A stretch of DNA of 64,000 bases from Candidatus Dadabacteria bacterium. GTDB taxonomy: Bacteria > Desulfobacterota_D > UBA1144 > Nemesobacterales > CSP1-2. The translations under genes and the position numbers were made by a program. Positions 28,295 through 39,513 of the stretch are shown here, piece by piece. The stretch spans positions 64,001 to 128,000 of the forward strand of contig CAWDVW010000005.1 in the NCBI GenBank assembly GCA_963805855.1, read 5' to 3'. Under the pieces are notes generated by a model, which saw only the letters and a program-made list of their open reading frames with translations, searched no databases and was not told where the DNA came from. How positions within the stretch are numbered: position 1 is the first letter of the stretch; every line of letters begins with the position of its first letter.

Positions 28295-29392
28295 TTAACG
28301 TCTAGCAACTCTTTCAGGCCTACCAACAGACCGTTCAGCAAGTACCCTCTTTAACTCATCTGGCTCCTGTGTCTTACCCATCGCATCCTCATATGTTATC
28401 AGATTCCTGAGATATAAATCAACCAGGCTTTGATTCAGTGTCTGCATTTTCCACTTTTCCTGGCCAATCTGTTGTTGTGAATATATTTGGTGGACCTTAT
28501 CCTCTCTTATCAGGTTCCTTACTGCGGGATTAGGCACCAACACCTCAACTCCTAGAACCCTCCCACCCCCAATCTTTGGGATAAGCGTCTGACAAAAGAT
28601 TCCCTCTAATACAAACGAAAGCTGAGCCCTGATCTGTGACTGTTCATGCGGAGGAAATACATCTATTACTCTGTTTATTGTCTGTACTGCCGTGTTTGTA
28701 TGTAGCGTAGCGAGGGTTAGATGGCCGGTTTCTGACAGAATAAGAGCAACTTTGATTGTCTCCAGATCTCTCATTTCTCCAATCAGAATTACGTCCGGAT
28801 CCTCTCTCAAGACGCTCCTTAGAGCATTGTTAAAACTCTTTGTATCACTACCAACTTCCCTTTGATTGACTATGCAATTCTTGTGAGAGAAGATATACTC
28901 TATCGGATCTTCAATTGTCACAATGTGTTCGTGCCTCTCATCGTTGATCTGATCAACCATTGCTGCAAGCGTAGTAGTCTTTCCGGATCCCGTAGGACCG
29001 GTAACGAGTATTAGACCCCTTGGCTTCCTCAAAAGCTCGGATGCGATAGGGGGGAGGCCCAGTTCTTGAAGATTTCTGATTTTTATCGGCAGTAACCTAA
29101 AGGCTCCCGACATTGCCCCCCTCTGCGTATAAATGTTCCCCCTAAACCTTCCTAGCTCCTCAATGCCGAAAGAGAAATCAAGTTCCCAGTTCTCTTCTAA
29201 CCTATGTTTCTGTGCATCGGTAAGAATACTGTAACACAAATCCTTTGTTTCTGAAGGCGTGAGTGGTGGATGTCTCACCGGTACAAGCTTGCCATCTATC
29301 CTCAACATAGGAGGGGCACCAGCCGTCAAATGGAGATCGGAAGCCCCGTTTTCGACAACTACCTTTAATAGCTCATGAAATTGTACTGCCAT
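28295..29392 (-). CDS. pilT: Type IV pilus retraction ATPase PilT
   Basis: ASDLHL, GPTGSGKTTT, EDPIE, REDPDVILIGEMRD and AVRNLIRE motifs. Confidence 0.96.
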   Translation of the reverse strand: MAVQFHELLKVVVENGASDLHLTAGAPPMLRIDGKLVPVRHPPLTPSETKDLCYSILTDAQKHRLEENWELDFSFGIEELGRFRGNIYTQRGAMSGAFRLLPIKIRNLQELGLPPIASELLRKPRGLILVTGPTGSGKTTTLAAMVDQINDERHEHIVTIEDPIEYIFSHKNCIVNQREVGSDTKSFNNALRSVLREDPDVILIGEMRDLETIKVALILSETGHLTLATLHTNTAVQTINRVIDVFPPHEQSQIRAQLSFVLEGIFCQTLIPKIGGGRVLGVEVLVPNPAVRNLIREDKVHQIYSQQQIGQEKWKMQTLNQSLVDLYLRNLITYEDAMGKTQEPDELKRVLAERSVGRPERVARR

Positions 29393-29404
29393 AGCAACCC
29401 CCTT

Positions 29405-31156
29405 TTAATTATCATTAGCTGTGTTTCTTACGACCTCGTCAACGGTAGTTATTCCCTGCTTGAGCTTGTTGAGAGCGCTTTGCCTTAGTGTCTTCATTTT
29501 CTGTCTCATTGCTTCGCGTTTGATTTCGTATGCCGAAGCACCGCTAAGTATAAATCCCTTAAGGTCTTCTGACATAGTCATTACTTCGTACACCGCTATT
29601 CTTCCACTATAGCCTGTCCCCAAACATTTTTTGCAACCATTATCCGACTTTTTATAAACTTTACAATCCGAAGCCTCCTTCGGTGGTACGCCCAAATCGA
29701 TAAGCACCTGAGGCGAAACATCGTACTCAACCCTACAGTCCTTACACACCTTTCTTACCAGCCTTTGAGCCACAACTGCATTCAAAGAGGCTGTAACCAG
29801 AAATGGCTCCACACCCATGTTAAGAAGTCGCGTAATAGATGACGGTGCGTCATTTGTGTGAAGTGTCGAGAGCACAAGATGCCCGGTAAGTGCCGATTTA
29901 ATGGCTATCTCTGCAGTTTCATAATCTCTGATCTCACCCACGAGTATCACGTCTGGATCCTGTCTTAGGAACGATCTTAAACAAGAAGCGAACGTAAGCC
30001 CTATATTATCGTTGACTTGAACCTGGTTTACTCCAGGAAGGCTATACTCAACAGGGTCTTCAGCCGTGGAAATATTGACTTCCGTGCTGTTTAGTTCCAT
30101 CAGGCTTGAATACAAAGTGGTTGTTTTACCACTTCCTGTCGGCCCGGTTATCAAAACCATTCCAAACGGTTTAAATATGGATTGTCTAAAGTCCGTCAGT
30201 TGTTCTTCATCATAACCCAGCTTGGTTAAGTCGAGCTGAAGCGATTCCTGATCAAGTATCCTCATAACCGCCTTTTCTCCAAAAAGCGTGGGTATGACCG
30301 AGACTCTGAATTCTACATTTCTATCCTTTCCAAATTTAATTCTTATTCGTCCATCCTGAGGAAGTCTGTGTTCAGCAATGTCTAAATCCGCCATTACCTT
30401 AATCCTCGACGATACCGCATTTCTAAGCTTTGTGGGTGGCCGCATGATGTCATAAAGAACACCATCGATTCTATATCTTATCCTGTAATCCTTTGAATAA
30501 GGTTCTATGTGAATGTCACTCGCACCCCTTCTCAGCGCATCTAAGAGCAGGTGGTGTACAAGCCTAATTACGGGTGCCTCACCCGAAGCCCTTTCCAACT
30601 CCTTAACATTTATACCTGCGTCAACATTGAAGTCTACAGAAATATCTTTAAGGTCACCAATTAGCTTGTCTACGTCTTTATATGTTTCCTCACTGCGTCT
30701 TCTTTCTTCCCATTCCCTTTCAGACCCGTAGTATTCGTGTATTGATTTTTCTATTGCACGTTCAGTGGAGACTACAACTTCGATACTTTGACCTGTGGCA
30801 AATTTAATTTCGTCTATTGCAAAAATATTTGAAGGGTCAGACATCGCTATGACTAGAGTAGAATCGGTATGATTTATCGGTATAAGATTGTACTTCATAG
30901 CGGATTCTCTTGAGACATATTTTAGCGCTTCCAGGTCAATATCAAAATTGTCTAGATTAATCGCCGGCACACCATATCGCTTACTCAGGTGTGCGGCTAA
31001 CTGATATTCATCAATATAGCCCATGGTTAGAAGCACGTCGCTCAATCTATCACCGCTTCTTTTCTGCTCTTCAAGGGCTTCTTGAAGCTGGTCCGGACTA
31101 ACCAACTCTTCCTTTAAGAATATGTCGCCTTTGAGAATGTCTTTTTGCTGCTCCAT
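29405..31156 (-). CDS. pilB: Type IV pilus assembly ATPase PilB
   Basis: ASDIHIEP, RLPQDG, GPTGSGKTTT, LRQDPD and tetracysteine motif. Confidence 0.95.
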   Translation of the reverse strand: MEQQKDILKGDIFLKEELVSPDQLQEALEEQKRSGDRLSDVLLTMGYIDEYQLAAHLSKRYGVPAINLDNFDIDLEALKYVSRESAMKYNLIPINHTDSTLVIAMSDPSNIFAIDEIKFATGQSIEVVVSTERAIEKSIHEYYGSEREWEERRRSEETYKDVDKLIGDLKDISVDFNVDAGINVKELERASGEAPVIRLVHHLLLDALRRGASDIHIEPYSKDYRIRYRIDGVLYDIMRPPTKLRNAVSSRIKVMADLDIAEHRLPQDGRIRIKFGKDRNVEFRVSVIPTLFGEKAVMRILDQESLQLDLTKLGYDEEQLTDFRQSIFKPFGMVLITGPTGSGKTTTLYSSLMELNSTEVNISTAEDPVEYSLPGVNQVQVNDNIGLTFASCLRSFLRQDPDVILVGEIRDYETAEIAIKSALTGHLVLSTLHTNDAPSSITRLLNMGVEPFLVTASLNAVVAQRLVRKVCKDCRVEYDVSPQVLIDLGVPPKEASDCKVYKKSDNGCKKCLGTGYSGRIAVYEVMTMSEDLKGFILSGASAYEIKREAMRQKMKTLRQSALNKLKQGITTVDEVVRNTANDN

Positions 31157-31407
31157 AATATCAAGATTACTTTATTTAAATATTACTCTCCAAATTAAAA
31201 AATATCTAAGAAATAAAGATTCGTTTGTCAATAATCACTCTTTCTATTATACATTAAAATCAAAAAAATGTTCGATAAAAACAAATTCACAAAAACAATA
31301 AATCGAAAAAAGACCTCCGTTGGATTCATCTATACAGACCTAGGTTAATCTATCGTTGAGGATTTCTCTTATTGAACCGATTATGATCTCAGGTAGTATT
31401 AAGCGCT

Positions 31408-32742
31408 ATGTCATCCGCCGGGAATGTTACAGTCATCGGTGCTGGTTTGGCAGGATCCGAGGCAACATATTATTTAGCAAAGCATGGCATCAAAGTAAAG
31501 CTCTTCGAAATGAGACCAAGAGTTTTTACACCTGCACATAACACATCACTTTTCGGAGAGCTTGTTTGCAGCAACTCTTTCAAATCAAGTTCATTGATAA
31601 ATGCCAGTGGAGTACTGAAAGAAGAAATGAAAAAACTAGGCTCAATAGTTATGGAAGCTGCCGAGATGACCAAGGTTCCCGCTGGTCAAGCCCTGGCTGT
31701 TGACCGAGAAAAGTTCTCAGACTATCTAACAAAAAAGTTGCGACAAAATCATCTGATCGAAATTATTATCGATGAGGTAAACGAAATTCCTCCCACAAAT
31801 GAAGGGCCCGTAATTATAGCCACAGGACCCCTTACTTCAAATAATTTGACTCAAAGGATACTTCAGCTCACCGAATCGGAAAATCTTTATTTCTACGATG
31901 CTATATCTCCCATAATAGACGCGGAATCAATTGACCTCTCAAAGACATTTAAGGGTTCGAGATACGGGAAGGGGTCTGATGAAGAGGGTGATTATTTGAA
32001 CTGTTCTTTAAACGAACAAGAATACGATAAATTTGCGGATGAAATTATAAATGCGCAAAAGGTAGAAATCCGGGATTTTGAAAAGGAAATATATTTTGAA
32101 GGCTGCCTACCGATTGAAGTTTTAGCCCAAAGGGGTAAAGACTCATTGCGATTCGGCCCAATGAAACCTGTGGGTCTAATCGATCCACGAACAAAAAAAA
32201 GACCTTATTCGGTAATCCAACTCAGGAAGGAAAATAACTCATCGTCAATGTACAGTATGGTAGGATTTCAAACCAAGCTCACATATCCTGAACAGAGAAG
32301 GATTCTTACGTTAATACCGGGACTAGAAAATGCGGAGTTCCTGAGATACGGTAGCATTCACAGAAATACGTTCGTAAACTCACCAAAGGTTCTTCTTCCA
32401 AGTCTTCAGATAAAAGGGAATGAAAAAATGATGCTTGCTGGTCAAATAGTAGGAGTTGAAGGATATGTTGAATCAGCAGCCATGGGTCTACTTGCTGGAA
32501 TTAATGCCTTGAGAATCGTGAAAGGTTTAAAAACCGTCGTTCCTCCACATGAAACGGCTATCGGATCCTTGATAAGGTATATCACTGACCCGAGCACAAA
32601 AGAATTTCAGCCAATGAATATAAACTTTGGTTTATTTCCAAAGGCAGAGATTGGCAAAACAAAGTCAGACAGGAGAAAACTTATCGCGGAAAGGGCAATC
32701 TCTAAACTATGCGAGTTTAATCAAAATTGCCAGCTAGGTTGA
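31408..32742 (+). CDS. trmFO: FAD-dependent tRNA (uracil-54) methyltransferase TrmFO
   Basis: GAGLAGSEA, ELVCSNS, FYDAISP, FEGCLPIE, GSIHRNT and GVEGYVES motifs. Confidence 0.96.
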   Translation: MSSAGNVTVIGAGLAGSEATYYLAKHGIKVKLFEMRPRVFTPAHNTSLFGELVCSNSFKSSSLINASGVLKEEMKKLGSIVMEAAEMTKVPAGQALAVDREKFSDYLTKKLRQNHLIEIIIDEVNEIPPTNEGPVIIATGPLTSNNLTQRILQLTESENLYFYDAISPIIDAESIDLSKTFKGSRYGKGSDEEGDYLNCSLNEQEYDKFADEIINAQKVEIRDFEKEIYFEGCLPIEVLAQRGKDSLRFGPMKPVGLIDPRTKKRPYSVIQLRKENNSSSMYSMVGFQTKLTYPEQRRILTLIPGLENAEFLRYGSIHRNTFVNSPKVLLPSLQIKGNEKMMLAGQIVGVEGYVESAAMGLLAGINALRIVKGLKTVVPPHETAIGSLIRYITDPSTKEFQPMNINFGLFPKAEIGKTKSDRRKLIAERAISKLCEFNQNCQLG

Positions 32743-32817
32743 CCTTGATTATTTAATATGTTTCTTAAGGTAATATGATGAGCTATAGCTCAACTAATTT
32801 TTCATTATGTCATTAAT

Positions 32818-33705
32818 ATGAATTTTCAGGATTTGATACTGAAATTGCAGATTTTTTGGTCAAAGAAGGGTTGCATAATACTTCAACCATATGACATTGA
32901 AAAAGGCGCAGGAACTTTCCATCCCGCCACATTCCTCAGGTGCCTAGGTCCCGAGCCCTGGCGCGTGGCGTATGTTGAACCTTCGAGAAGGCCTACCGAC
33001 GGAAGATACGGGGACAATCCCAACAGGCTTCAACACTATTATCAGTTTCAGGTGATTATAAAACCCTCTCCGAGTAACATACAAGATCTATATCTGGACA
33101 GTTTACGATCCGTTGGTATAGACCCACTTATGCATGATATAAGGTTCGTGGAAGATGACTGGGAATCTCCCACGCTGGGTGCATGGGGATTGGGTTGGGA
33201 GGTTTGGCTTGATGGAATGGAAATAACTCAATTTACATACTTCCAGCAGGCAGGTGGAATTGATTTAAAACCAATTTCTGCAGAAATCACTTACGGTACA
33301 GAAAGAATAGCCATGTATTTACAGGGTGTGGAAAGCGTTTTTGATCTGGAATGGACCAAGGATGTAACATACGGAGAAATCCATCATCGAGATGAAATTG
33401 AATTTTCAAAATACAATTTCGAAGAATCAAATCCGCAAATGTTAAGAGAATTGTTTGATATGTTTAAATCTGAATGTGAGCAGCTCATTGGGAAAAATCT
33501 GCCAATCCCTGCCTACGATTACTGCTTAAAATGCTCGCACACCTTCAATCTTCTGGACGCACGGGGTGTAATTGGCGTAGCCGAGCGTGAAAATTATATT
33601 GGAAAGGTTCGAACCCTCGCAAAGATGTGTGCTGAGTCTTATTTAAGGGAAAGAGAAGATTTAGGGTTCCCACTTTCTAAAAACAACCCATGGGAAAAGA
33701 ATTAA
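32818..33705 (+). CDS. glyQ: Glycine--tRNA ligase alpha subunit
   Basis: [42 protein letters not shown]. Confidence 0.98.
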   Translation: MNFQDLILKLQIFWSKKGCIILQPYDIEKGAGTFHPATFLRCLGPEPWRVAYVEPSRRPTDGRYGDNPNRLQHYYQFQVIIKPSPSNIQDLYLDSLRSVGIDPLMHDIRFVEDDWESPTLGAWGLGWEVWLDGMEITQFTYFQQAGGIDLKPISAEITYGTERIAMYLQGVESVFDLEWTKDVTYGEIHHRDEIEFSKYNFEESNPQMLRELFDMFKSECEQLIGKNLPIPAYDYCLKCSHTFNLLDARGVIGVAERENYIGKVRTLAKMCAESYLREREDLGFPLSKNNPWEKN

Positions 33706-35780
33706 TATTTGAAATAGGAACAGAAGAGATACCTGCGAGATTTATGGAGGCCGCTATCCGGGACCTGAAGAGTGTTACGGAGCGGGAATTAAAGGAAAAT
33801 CTTCTAACCTATAAAGACATCAGTACATACGGAACTCCCAGGAGATTGATTCTAAGGGTCACCGATCTTTCGGATATTCAAACGGATAGGTTAATTGAAG
33901 TAGTTGGTCCCCCAAAGCGGATCGCGTTTGATAAGGATGGTAAGCCAACGAAGGCAGCAATTGGATTTGCACATGCCCAGGGCGTAGGTGTAACTGATTT
34001 AGTAATCTCGGACGGAGAAAGAGGTGAATTTGCTGCCGTAAGAAAAACGGTCAAGGGCGAGAAAACTGAGAAGATATTAAAGCATCTTCTCCCAAAGATC
34101 ATAAAAACGGTTTCCTTTAGAAAATCTATGAGATGGGGCGAAGGGGATGAATCTTTTGTAAGACCAATCAGGTGGATCCTATCTATTTATGGTGGAAAGC
34201 TTATTAAATTCAGATTAGATGGCATCGTAAGCGGATCAAAGACTCAGGGACATAGATTTATGTGCAAAAAACCATTTCGTGTAGAGAATTGGAACCAATA
34301 CAGTAGTGAGCTAAAAAAGAGGTTTATCGTCTTCGACCAGGAGGAAAGAAAGAAAATTATCCAAGAGGGTATAGAGCTCAGAGCTAGCGAAATTGGAGGG
34401 ATACCGGCACACGACAAGGAATTACTCGAGACAATATCCCATCTAGTTGAGTACCCGACCGTGCTTAGAGGAACTTTCGACAGGGATTTTTTAAAACTTC
34501 CCACAGAGGTTTTAATAAGCGTAATGAAAAATCAACAGAAATATGTTCCTGTCCTCTCCACAGCCATTGATGATCAGAAACTTCTTCCATATTTCATTTT
34601 TGTTTGTGGTACACCAGTGAAAAACGAAGAAGTTGTTATTAAGGGCAATGAAAGGGTTATCAGGGCCAGATTCCAAGACGGCCGCTTCTTTTTTGAAGAA
34701 GACCTAAAGTCTCCACTCTCTTCGAGGTCGGAGAAGTTAAAAAACATGGTTTTTCTCTCAGGCCTAGGCACATATTATGACAAAACGCTACGTATGGAAG
34801 AATTTGTTGAGCAAATTGGAAACAGTCTTGGATTTCAAAATACGATTAACGACATAAAAAGGGCGGCAAGGATATCAAAAGCGGATCTTACTACAGAGAT
34901 GGTCTTTGAATTCCCGGAGCTCCAGGGGATAATGGGTAAATACTATGCGTTGCTTTCCGGAGAGAATAAGGAAGTTGCAGAAGCAATAGAGGAACAATAT
35001 ATGCCAGTTGCACGTGAGGGAACTCTTCCCGCGTCAAAATATGGAAGTATACTCAGCATAGCGGATAAGGTAGATAACATCGCTGCAAACTTTATTACAG
35101 GACACATCCCCACAGGGACTTCTGACCCTTATGCACTCAGAAGACAGGCAATTGGGATAATAAATATAATTCTTTATCAGGAATTCCATCTAAGCTTGAA
35201 AGAAATTTATGACTTAAGCCTCAACCTGTTCCGGAATCAACAAAAAATAAAAGACCCCTCAAAAATCGACGAGATTTTGCCCGAAATCCTGGGCTTTATG
35301 GTCGAAAGGTTTAGAAACCTGATGCTATCCGAGGGTAATCCAAACGACGTAGTAGATTCGGTAATTTCATCAGAATGTGACGACCTGGTCGACACCAAAT
35401 ATAAGATTGAAGCCCTCTCAGAATTCCGCAAGGAATCCGATTTTAATTCGCTTGCCATTGCCTTCAAGCGAGTGTTCAACATCCTGAAGAATCAACCGAG
35501 GAACAGCTTTGATTGCGAACGATTAATCGAACCCGCTGAAAAATTACTCTTTAGAAATTATTCAAATATAATAGTGGAAGTGGAAAAAAGCCTGTCTGAG
35601 CGAAACTATATAGATGCCATCTTAAAAATGAGGGGTTTGAAAGAACCAATAGACAAATATTTCGACGAGGTACTGGTCATGGATAAGGATGAGGAAATCA
35701 GAAGGAATCGCATCTCCATGTTATGGGCGATAAGGGATCTTTTTTTCAAACTAGCGGACTTTTCAAAAATTAACACTTAA
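33690..35780 (+). CDS. glyS: Glycine--tRNA ligase beta subunit
   Basis: [26 protein letters not shown] and DPYALRR motifs. Confidence 0.97.
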   Translation: MGKELIFEIGTEEIPARFMEAAIRDLKSVTERELKENLLTYKDISTYGTPRRLILRVTDLSDIQTDRLIEVVGPPKRIAFDKDGKPTKAAIGFAHAQGVGVTDLVISDGERGEFAAVRKTVKGEKTEKILKHLLPKIIKTVSFRKSMRWGEGDESFVRPIRWILSIYGGKLIKFRLDGIVSGSKTQGHRFMCKKPFRVENWNQYSSELKKRFIVFDQEERKKIIQEGIELRASEIGGIPAHDKELLETISHLVEYPTVLRGTFDRDFLKLPTEVLISVMKNQQKYVPVLSTAIDDQKLLPYFIFVCGTPVKNEEVVIKGNERVIRARFQDGRFFFEEDLKSPLSSRSEKLKNMVFLSGLGTYYDKTLRMEEFVEQIGNSLGFQNTINDIKRAARISKADLTTEMVFEFPELQGIMGKYYALLSGENKEVAEAIEEQYMPVAREGTLPASKYGSILSIADKVDNIAANFITGHIPTGTSDPYALRRQAIGIINIILYQEFHLSLKEIYDLSLNLFRNQQKIKDPSKIDEILPEILGFMVERFRNLMLSEGNPNDVVDSVISSECDDLVDTKYKIEALSEFRKESDFNSLAIAFKRVFNILKNQPRNSFDCERLIEPAEKLLFRNYSNIIVEVEKSLSERNYIDAILKMRGLKEPIDKYFDEVLVMDKDEEIRRNRISMLWAIRDLFFKLADFSKINT

Positions 35781-35824
35781 AAAACAAGATAAACAACGAC
35801 AAAAATTAAATATACGCTGAAAAC

Positions 35825-38587
35825 ATGGGAGAAAAATTGACTATGACTAATAAGAGGAAAAAGTATCTCTATTTCTTCGGAGATGGTAAAGCAGATGGAA
35901 GAGGAAATATGAAGGATTTGCTTGGGGGTAAGGGGGCAGGACTCGCAGAAATGTCAAGTATCGGGATACCAGTTCCACCGGGTTTTACTATCTCAACTGA
36001 TGTTTGTCGTATGTTCAATGAAAACAGAAAGCGAATGCCTCGGCAGATAAAAAGTGAGATAGAGGAATACCTTAAAAGACTAGAAAAACTATCCGGAAAA
36101 AACTTCGGTGATCCAGAGAACCCGCTTCTGGTTTCAGTACGTTCCGGTGCTAGATTCTCAATGCCGGGTATGATGGACACCATCTTAAACTTAGGGCTTA
36201 ACGACATCAGTGTTCGGGAGCTTTCGGTCAAAACAGGAAATCCGAGATTCGCTTGGGATGCGTATAGAAGATTCATTCAGATGTTCAGTGATGTTGTTTT
36301 AAGGATTAAAAAAGAAGAATTTGAGGAAATTCTAGAGACGGCGAAGCAAAAGTATAATTGTAAGTCTGACGTAGAACTAACAACCCAAGCAATAAAGGAT
36401 GTTGTTACAGTATATAAAAGGCTTGTGAAAAGGAAAACGAAAAATGAATTTCCCCAAAGCCCTAAATCTCAGCTATTTAGTGCGATAAATGCAGTATTCT
36501 TATCCTGGAACAATCCGAGAGCAGTATTCTATAGAAATCAATACGGAATCTCAGATGAAATTGGAACAGCGGTAAATGTGCAGGAAATGGTCTTTGGGAA
36601 CATGGGTGAAAATTCAGGTACCGGTGTAGGCTTTACCAGAGATCCTGCATCAGGAGATAACCAGCTCTACGCTGAGTACCTGATGAATGCTCAGGGTGAG
36701 GATGTTGTAGCAGGTATAAGGACTCCCAAGCGCCTGGAAAGTTTAGAGCATGATATGCCTAAAGTTTATAAGCAGTTGAGTAAAACTGCAAAGGCTTTGG
36801 AAAGTCATTTTCGTGACATGCAGGATTTCGAATTTACACTTGAGGGAAATAGACTATACATCCTTCAGACTCGCACCGGGAAAAGGACAGGAATAGCGGC
36901 CTTAAGAATCGCCCACGACATGGTAAAAGAGAATTTAATTACAAAGAAGCAGGCTATCCTTCGAATCGATCCTGAGCATATTGAACAATTCTTATTCCCG
37001 ATTTTTGACCCTGATCAAAAAAAGAATTTCAACTTACTCACAAAAGGCCTTTCTGCATCGCCCGGCGCTGCGGCAGGCAAAGTAGCCTTCGACTCAGAAA
37101 CAGCTGTAAAAATGAGTAAAAGGGGAGAGCGTGTAGTCTTGGTTCGAAAAGAGACTAGCCCTGACGACATTCATGGTATGGCGGTTTCTCAGGGCGTACT
37201 CACAGCCAGAGGGGGACGCACAAGTCACGCAGCAGTTGTGGGAAGACAGATGGGTAAGGTTTGTGTAGTTGGAGCGGAAGAGTTAATTGTGGACGATGAG
37301 GAAAGGCAATTTAAATCACGAGACTCTGTTATTAAAGAAGGAGATTTCATATCCATTGATGGTTTTGAAGGAGACGTGTATTCAGGTGATATTCCGGTAA
37401 CTTCCTCTGAGGTCATCCAAGTCGTAGAAGGAAAGCTAAAACCCGAGCAATCTGAAAAATACCGTATATTTTCTACAATACTTAAGTGGGCTGATAAGAT
37501 AAGAAAACTTAGTATAAGGGCTAACGCTGATACGCCCCACGATTCGAAGATAGCAGTAAATTTCGGCGCTGAAGGCATAGGCCTTTGCCGCACCGAGCAT
37601 ATGTTTTTCCAAGAAGACAGAATACCAATAATGCAGAGTATGATACTTGCCAGAACTACAAAGGAAAGGGAAAAACTTCTTGAAAAATTACTCCCTATGC
37701 AAAAGGAAGATTTTAAAGGAATATTTCGTGAAATGAGTGGCTATCCAGTAACGATAAGGCTCCTTGACCCCCCTCTCCACGAATTCCTGCCAAGAAGAGA
37801 AGAACTAATGGTAGAAATTAGAGAACTCGAGCTAAAAAAGAAAAAACCTAAGATAATAAAAGAGCGTCAAAAGCTTCTTGAGAGGGTCGAAGAACTACAC
37901 GAATTTAATCCCATGCTCGGTCTTCGCGGTTGCAGGCTGGGAATTCTAATGCCAGAAATAAGCCGAATGCAAGCGAGAGCAATAATAGAGGCGGCTTGCG
38001 AGGTTGATGAGGAAGGAATTAAGGTTATACCGGAGATCATGGTCCCTCTGGTAGGAATGCTCACCGAGATAAAAGCTCAAAAGGACATTATTGTGGAAGT
38101 CGCAGAATCGGTCATGGCGAAGTATAAAAGACGGATCAAATACTATGTCGGCACTATGATCGAGGTCCCTAGAGCGGCGACTGTAGCCGATGAAATCGCA
38201 ACAGAGACAGATTTTTTCTCTTTTGGAACAAACGACCTGACCCAAACGACTTTCGCTTTTTCACGTGATGACGCCGGGAAATTCATAAAGGCCTATACCG
38301 AAAAAACCGTGACAATCAATGGAAAACAGGTAAAAATTCTAGACAAAGACCCATTTTCAACACTTGATGTGAATGGGGTCGGCACACTGATCCAGATGGC
38401 AATCGATAAGGGCAGAAAAGCTAAGCCAAATCTAAAACTTGGCATATGCGGAGAGCATGGGGGTGACCCGGCCTCAATTGATTTCTGCCATATAGTTGGA
38501 ATGAACTATGTGAGCTGTTCTCCCTACAGGGTTCCAATTGCAAGACTTGCAGCAGCAAGAGTTGCATTAACAATTAATAAAGTATGA
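35825..38587 (+). CDS. ppdK: Pyruvate, phosphate dikinase
   Basis: LLGGKGA, SMPGMMDT, GGRTSHAAVV, GLCRTEHM, FSFGTNDLTQ and GICGEHGG motifs. Confidence 0.98.
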   Translation: MGEKLTMTNKRKKYLYFFGDGKADGRGNMKDLLGGKGAGLAEMSSIGIPVPPGFTISTDVCRMFNENRKRMPRQIKSEIEEYLKRLEKLSGKNFGDPENPLLVSVRSGARFSMPGMMDTILNLGLNDISVRELSVKTGNPRFAWDAYRRFIQMFSDVVLRIKKEEFEEILETAKQKYNCKSDVELTTQAIKDVVTVYKRLVKRKTKNEFPQSPKSQLFSAINAVFLSWNNPRAVFYRNQYGISDEIGTAVNVQEMVFGNMGENSGTGVGFTRDPASGDNQLYAEYLMNAQGEDVVAGIRTPKRLESLEHDMPKVYKQLSKTAKALESHFRDMQDFEFTLEGNRLYILQTRTGKRTGIAALRIAHDMVKENLITKKQAILRIDPEHIEQFLFPIFDPDQKKNFNLLTKGLSASPGAAAGKVAFDSETAVKMSKRGERVVLVRKETSPDDIHGMAVSQGVLTARGGRTSHAAVVGRQMGKVCVVGAEELIVDDEERQFKSRDSVIKEGDFISIDGFEGDVYSGDIPVTSSEVIQVVEGKLKPEQSEKYRIFSTILKWADKIRKLSIRANADTPHDSKIAVNFGAEGIGLCRTEHMFFQEDRIPIMQSMILARTTKEREKLLEKLLPMQKEDFKGIFREMSGYPVTIRLLDPPLHEFLPRREELMVEIRELELKKKKPKIIKERQKLLERVEELHEFNPMLGLRGCRLGILMPEISRMQARAIIEAACEVDEEGIKVIPEIMVPLVGMLTEIKAQKDIIVEVAESVMAKYKRRIKYYVGTMIEVPRAATVADEIATETDFFSFGTNDLTQTTFAFSRDDAGKFIKAYTEKTVTINGKQVKILDKDPFSTLDVNGVGTLIQMAIDKGRKAKPNLKLGICGEHGGDPASIDFCHIVGMNYVSCSPYRVPIARLAAARVALTINKV

Positions 38588-38642
38588 CGTAGCAAGCAAA
38601 ATGGAATTCACGAATTAAGAATGACGATCACAATTTCATATT

Positions 38643-39455
38643 CTACTGCTCTAATGGTTTGTTAATCCTCTTAATACCCGTAGCTTTTCCACTTTCGCAG
38701 TGTATATCGATTATTATTCCATTAAGCCATATATTTTCCTCTGCCGGCTCCAGCCTCTGAGGCATGAGAGTCAGAAAACGTTTGATCGATTTTTCCCTAT
38801 CCATCCCGATCACAGAATCCATGGCTCCCGTCATCCCCACATCTGTAATATACCCCGTTCCATTCGGAAGAATTCTTTCATCGGCAGTTTGAACGTGTGT
38901 ATGTGTACCAACTAACGCACTTATCTTTCCATCCAGATACCAGCCAAAAGCTATCTTTTCTGAGGTCGCCTCGGCATGAAAATCCAAAATTATTATATTT
39001 GTTTCATCCTTTAATACCTCGATCAACTTCAATGCCGAAGTGTATGGATTTTCATAAGAATCCATAAAGAGTTTTCCGCAAAGGTTTAAGACTCCGACCT
39101 GCCTTCCATGATTATCGTTGAATACTCCGTGCCCTCTTCCCGGGGTCGAGCCAGGGTAATTAGCTGGACGAAGTATTCTCGGCTCGCTATCAACATAAGG
39201 TATGATCTCTTGCTTGTCCCAAATATGATTTCCTGATGTGAGGATATTTACTCCGCAGTCAAATAGGAATTCAGCTATCTTGGGAGTAATCCCTCTGCCG
39301 GCAGCCGCATTCTCGCAGTTCGCAATCACAAGATCAATTTTATGTTGTTCCATTAATTCGGGAATGAGCGCCTTCACGGCCAGTCGTCCGGCCTTGCCAA
39401 CAATATCCCCAATAAAAAGAATGGAGCAGTCCATTCTAGCTTCAATCTTTTCCAT
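38643..39455 (-). CDS. ymdB: YmdB-like metallophosphoesterase
   Basis: GDIVG, NCENAAAG, TSGNH, DFHAEATSEK and GTHTHV motifs; follows rny. Confidence 0.92.
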   Translation of the reverse strand: MEKIEARMDCSILFIGDIVGKAGRLAVKALIPELMEQHKIDLVIANCENAAAGRGITPKIAEFLFDCGVNILTSGNHIWDKQEIIPYVDSEPRILRPANYPGSTPGRGHGVFNDNHGRQVGVLNLCGKLFMDSYENPYTSALKLIEVLKDETNIIILDFHAEATSEKIAFGWYLDGKISALVGTHTHVQTADERILPNGTGYITDVGMTGAMDSVIGMDREKSIKRFLTLMPQRLEPAEENIWLNGIIIDIHCESGKATGIKRINKPLEQ

Positions 39456-39513
39456 GAATATTCAGAAATTACTGACAGCGTGACTTGAATATATTACTGA
39501 ACTTTATGCTTAC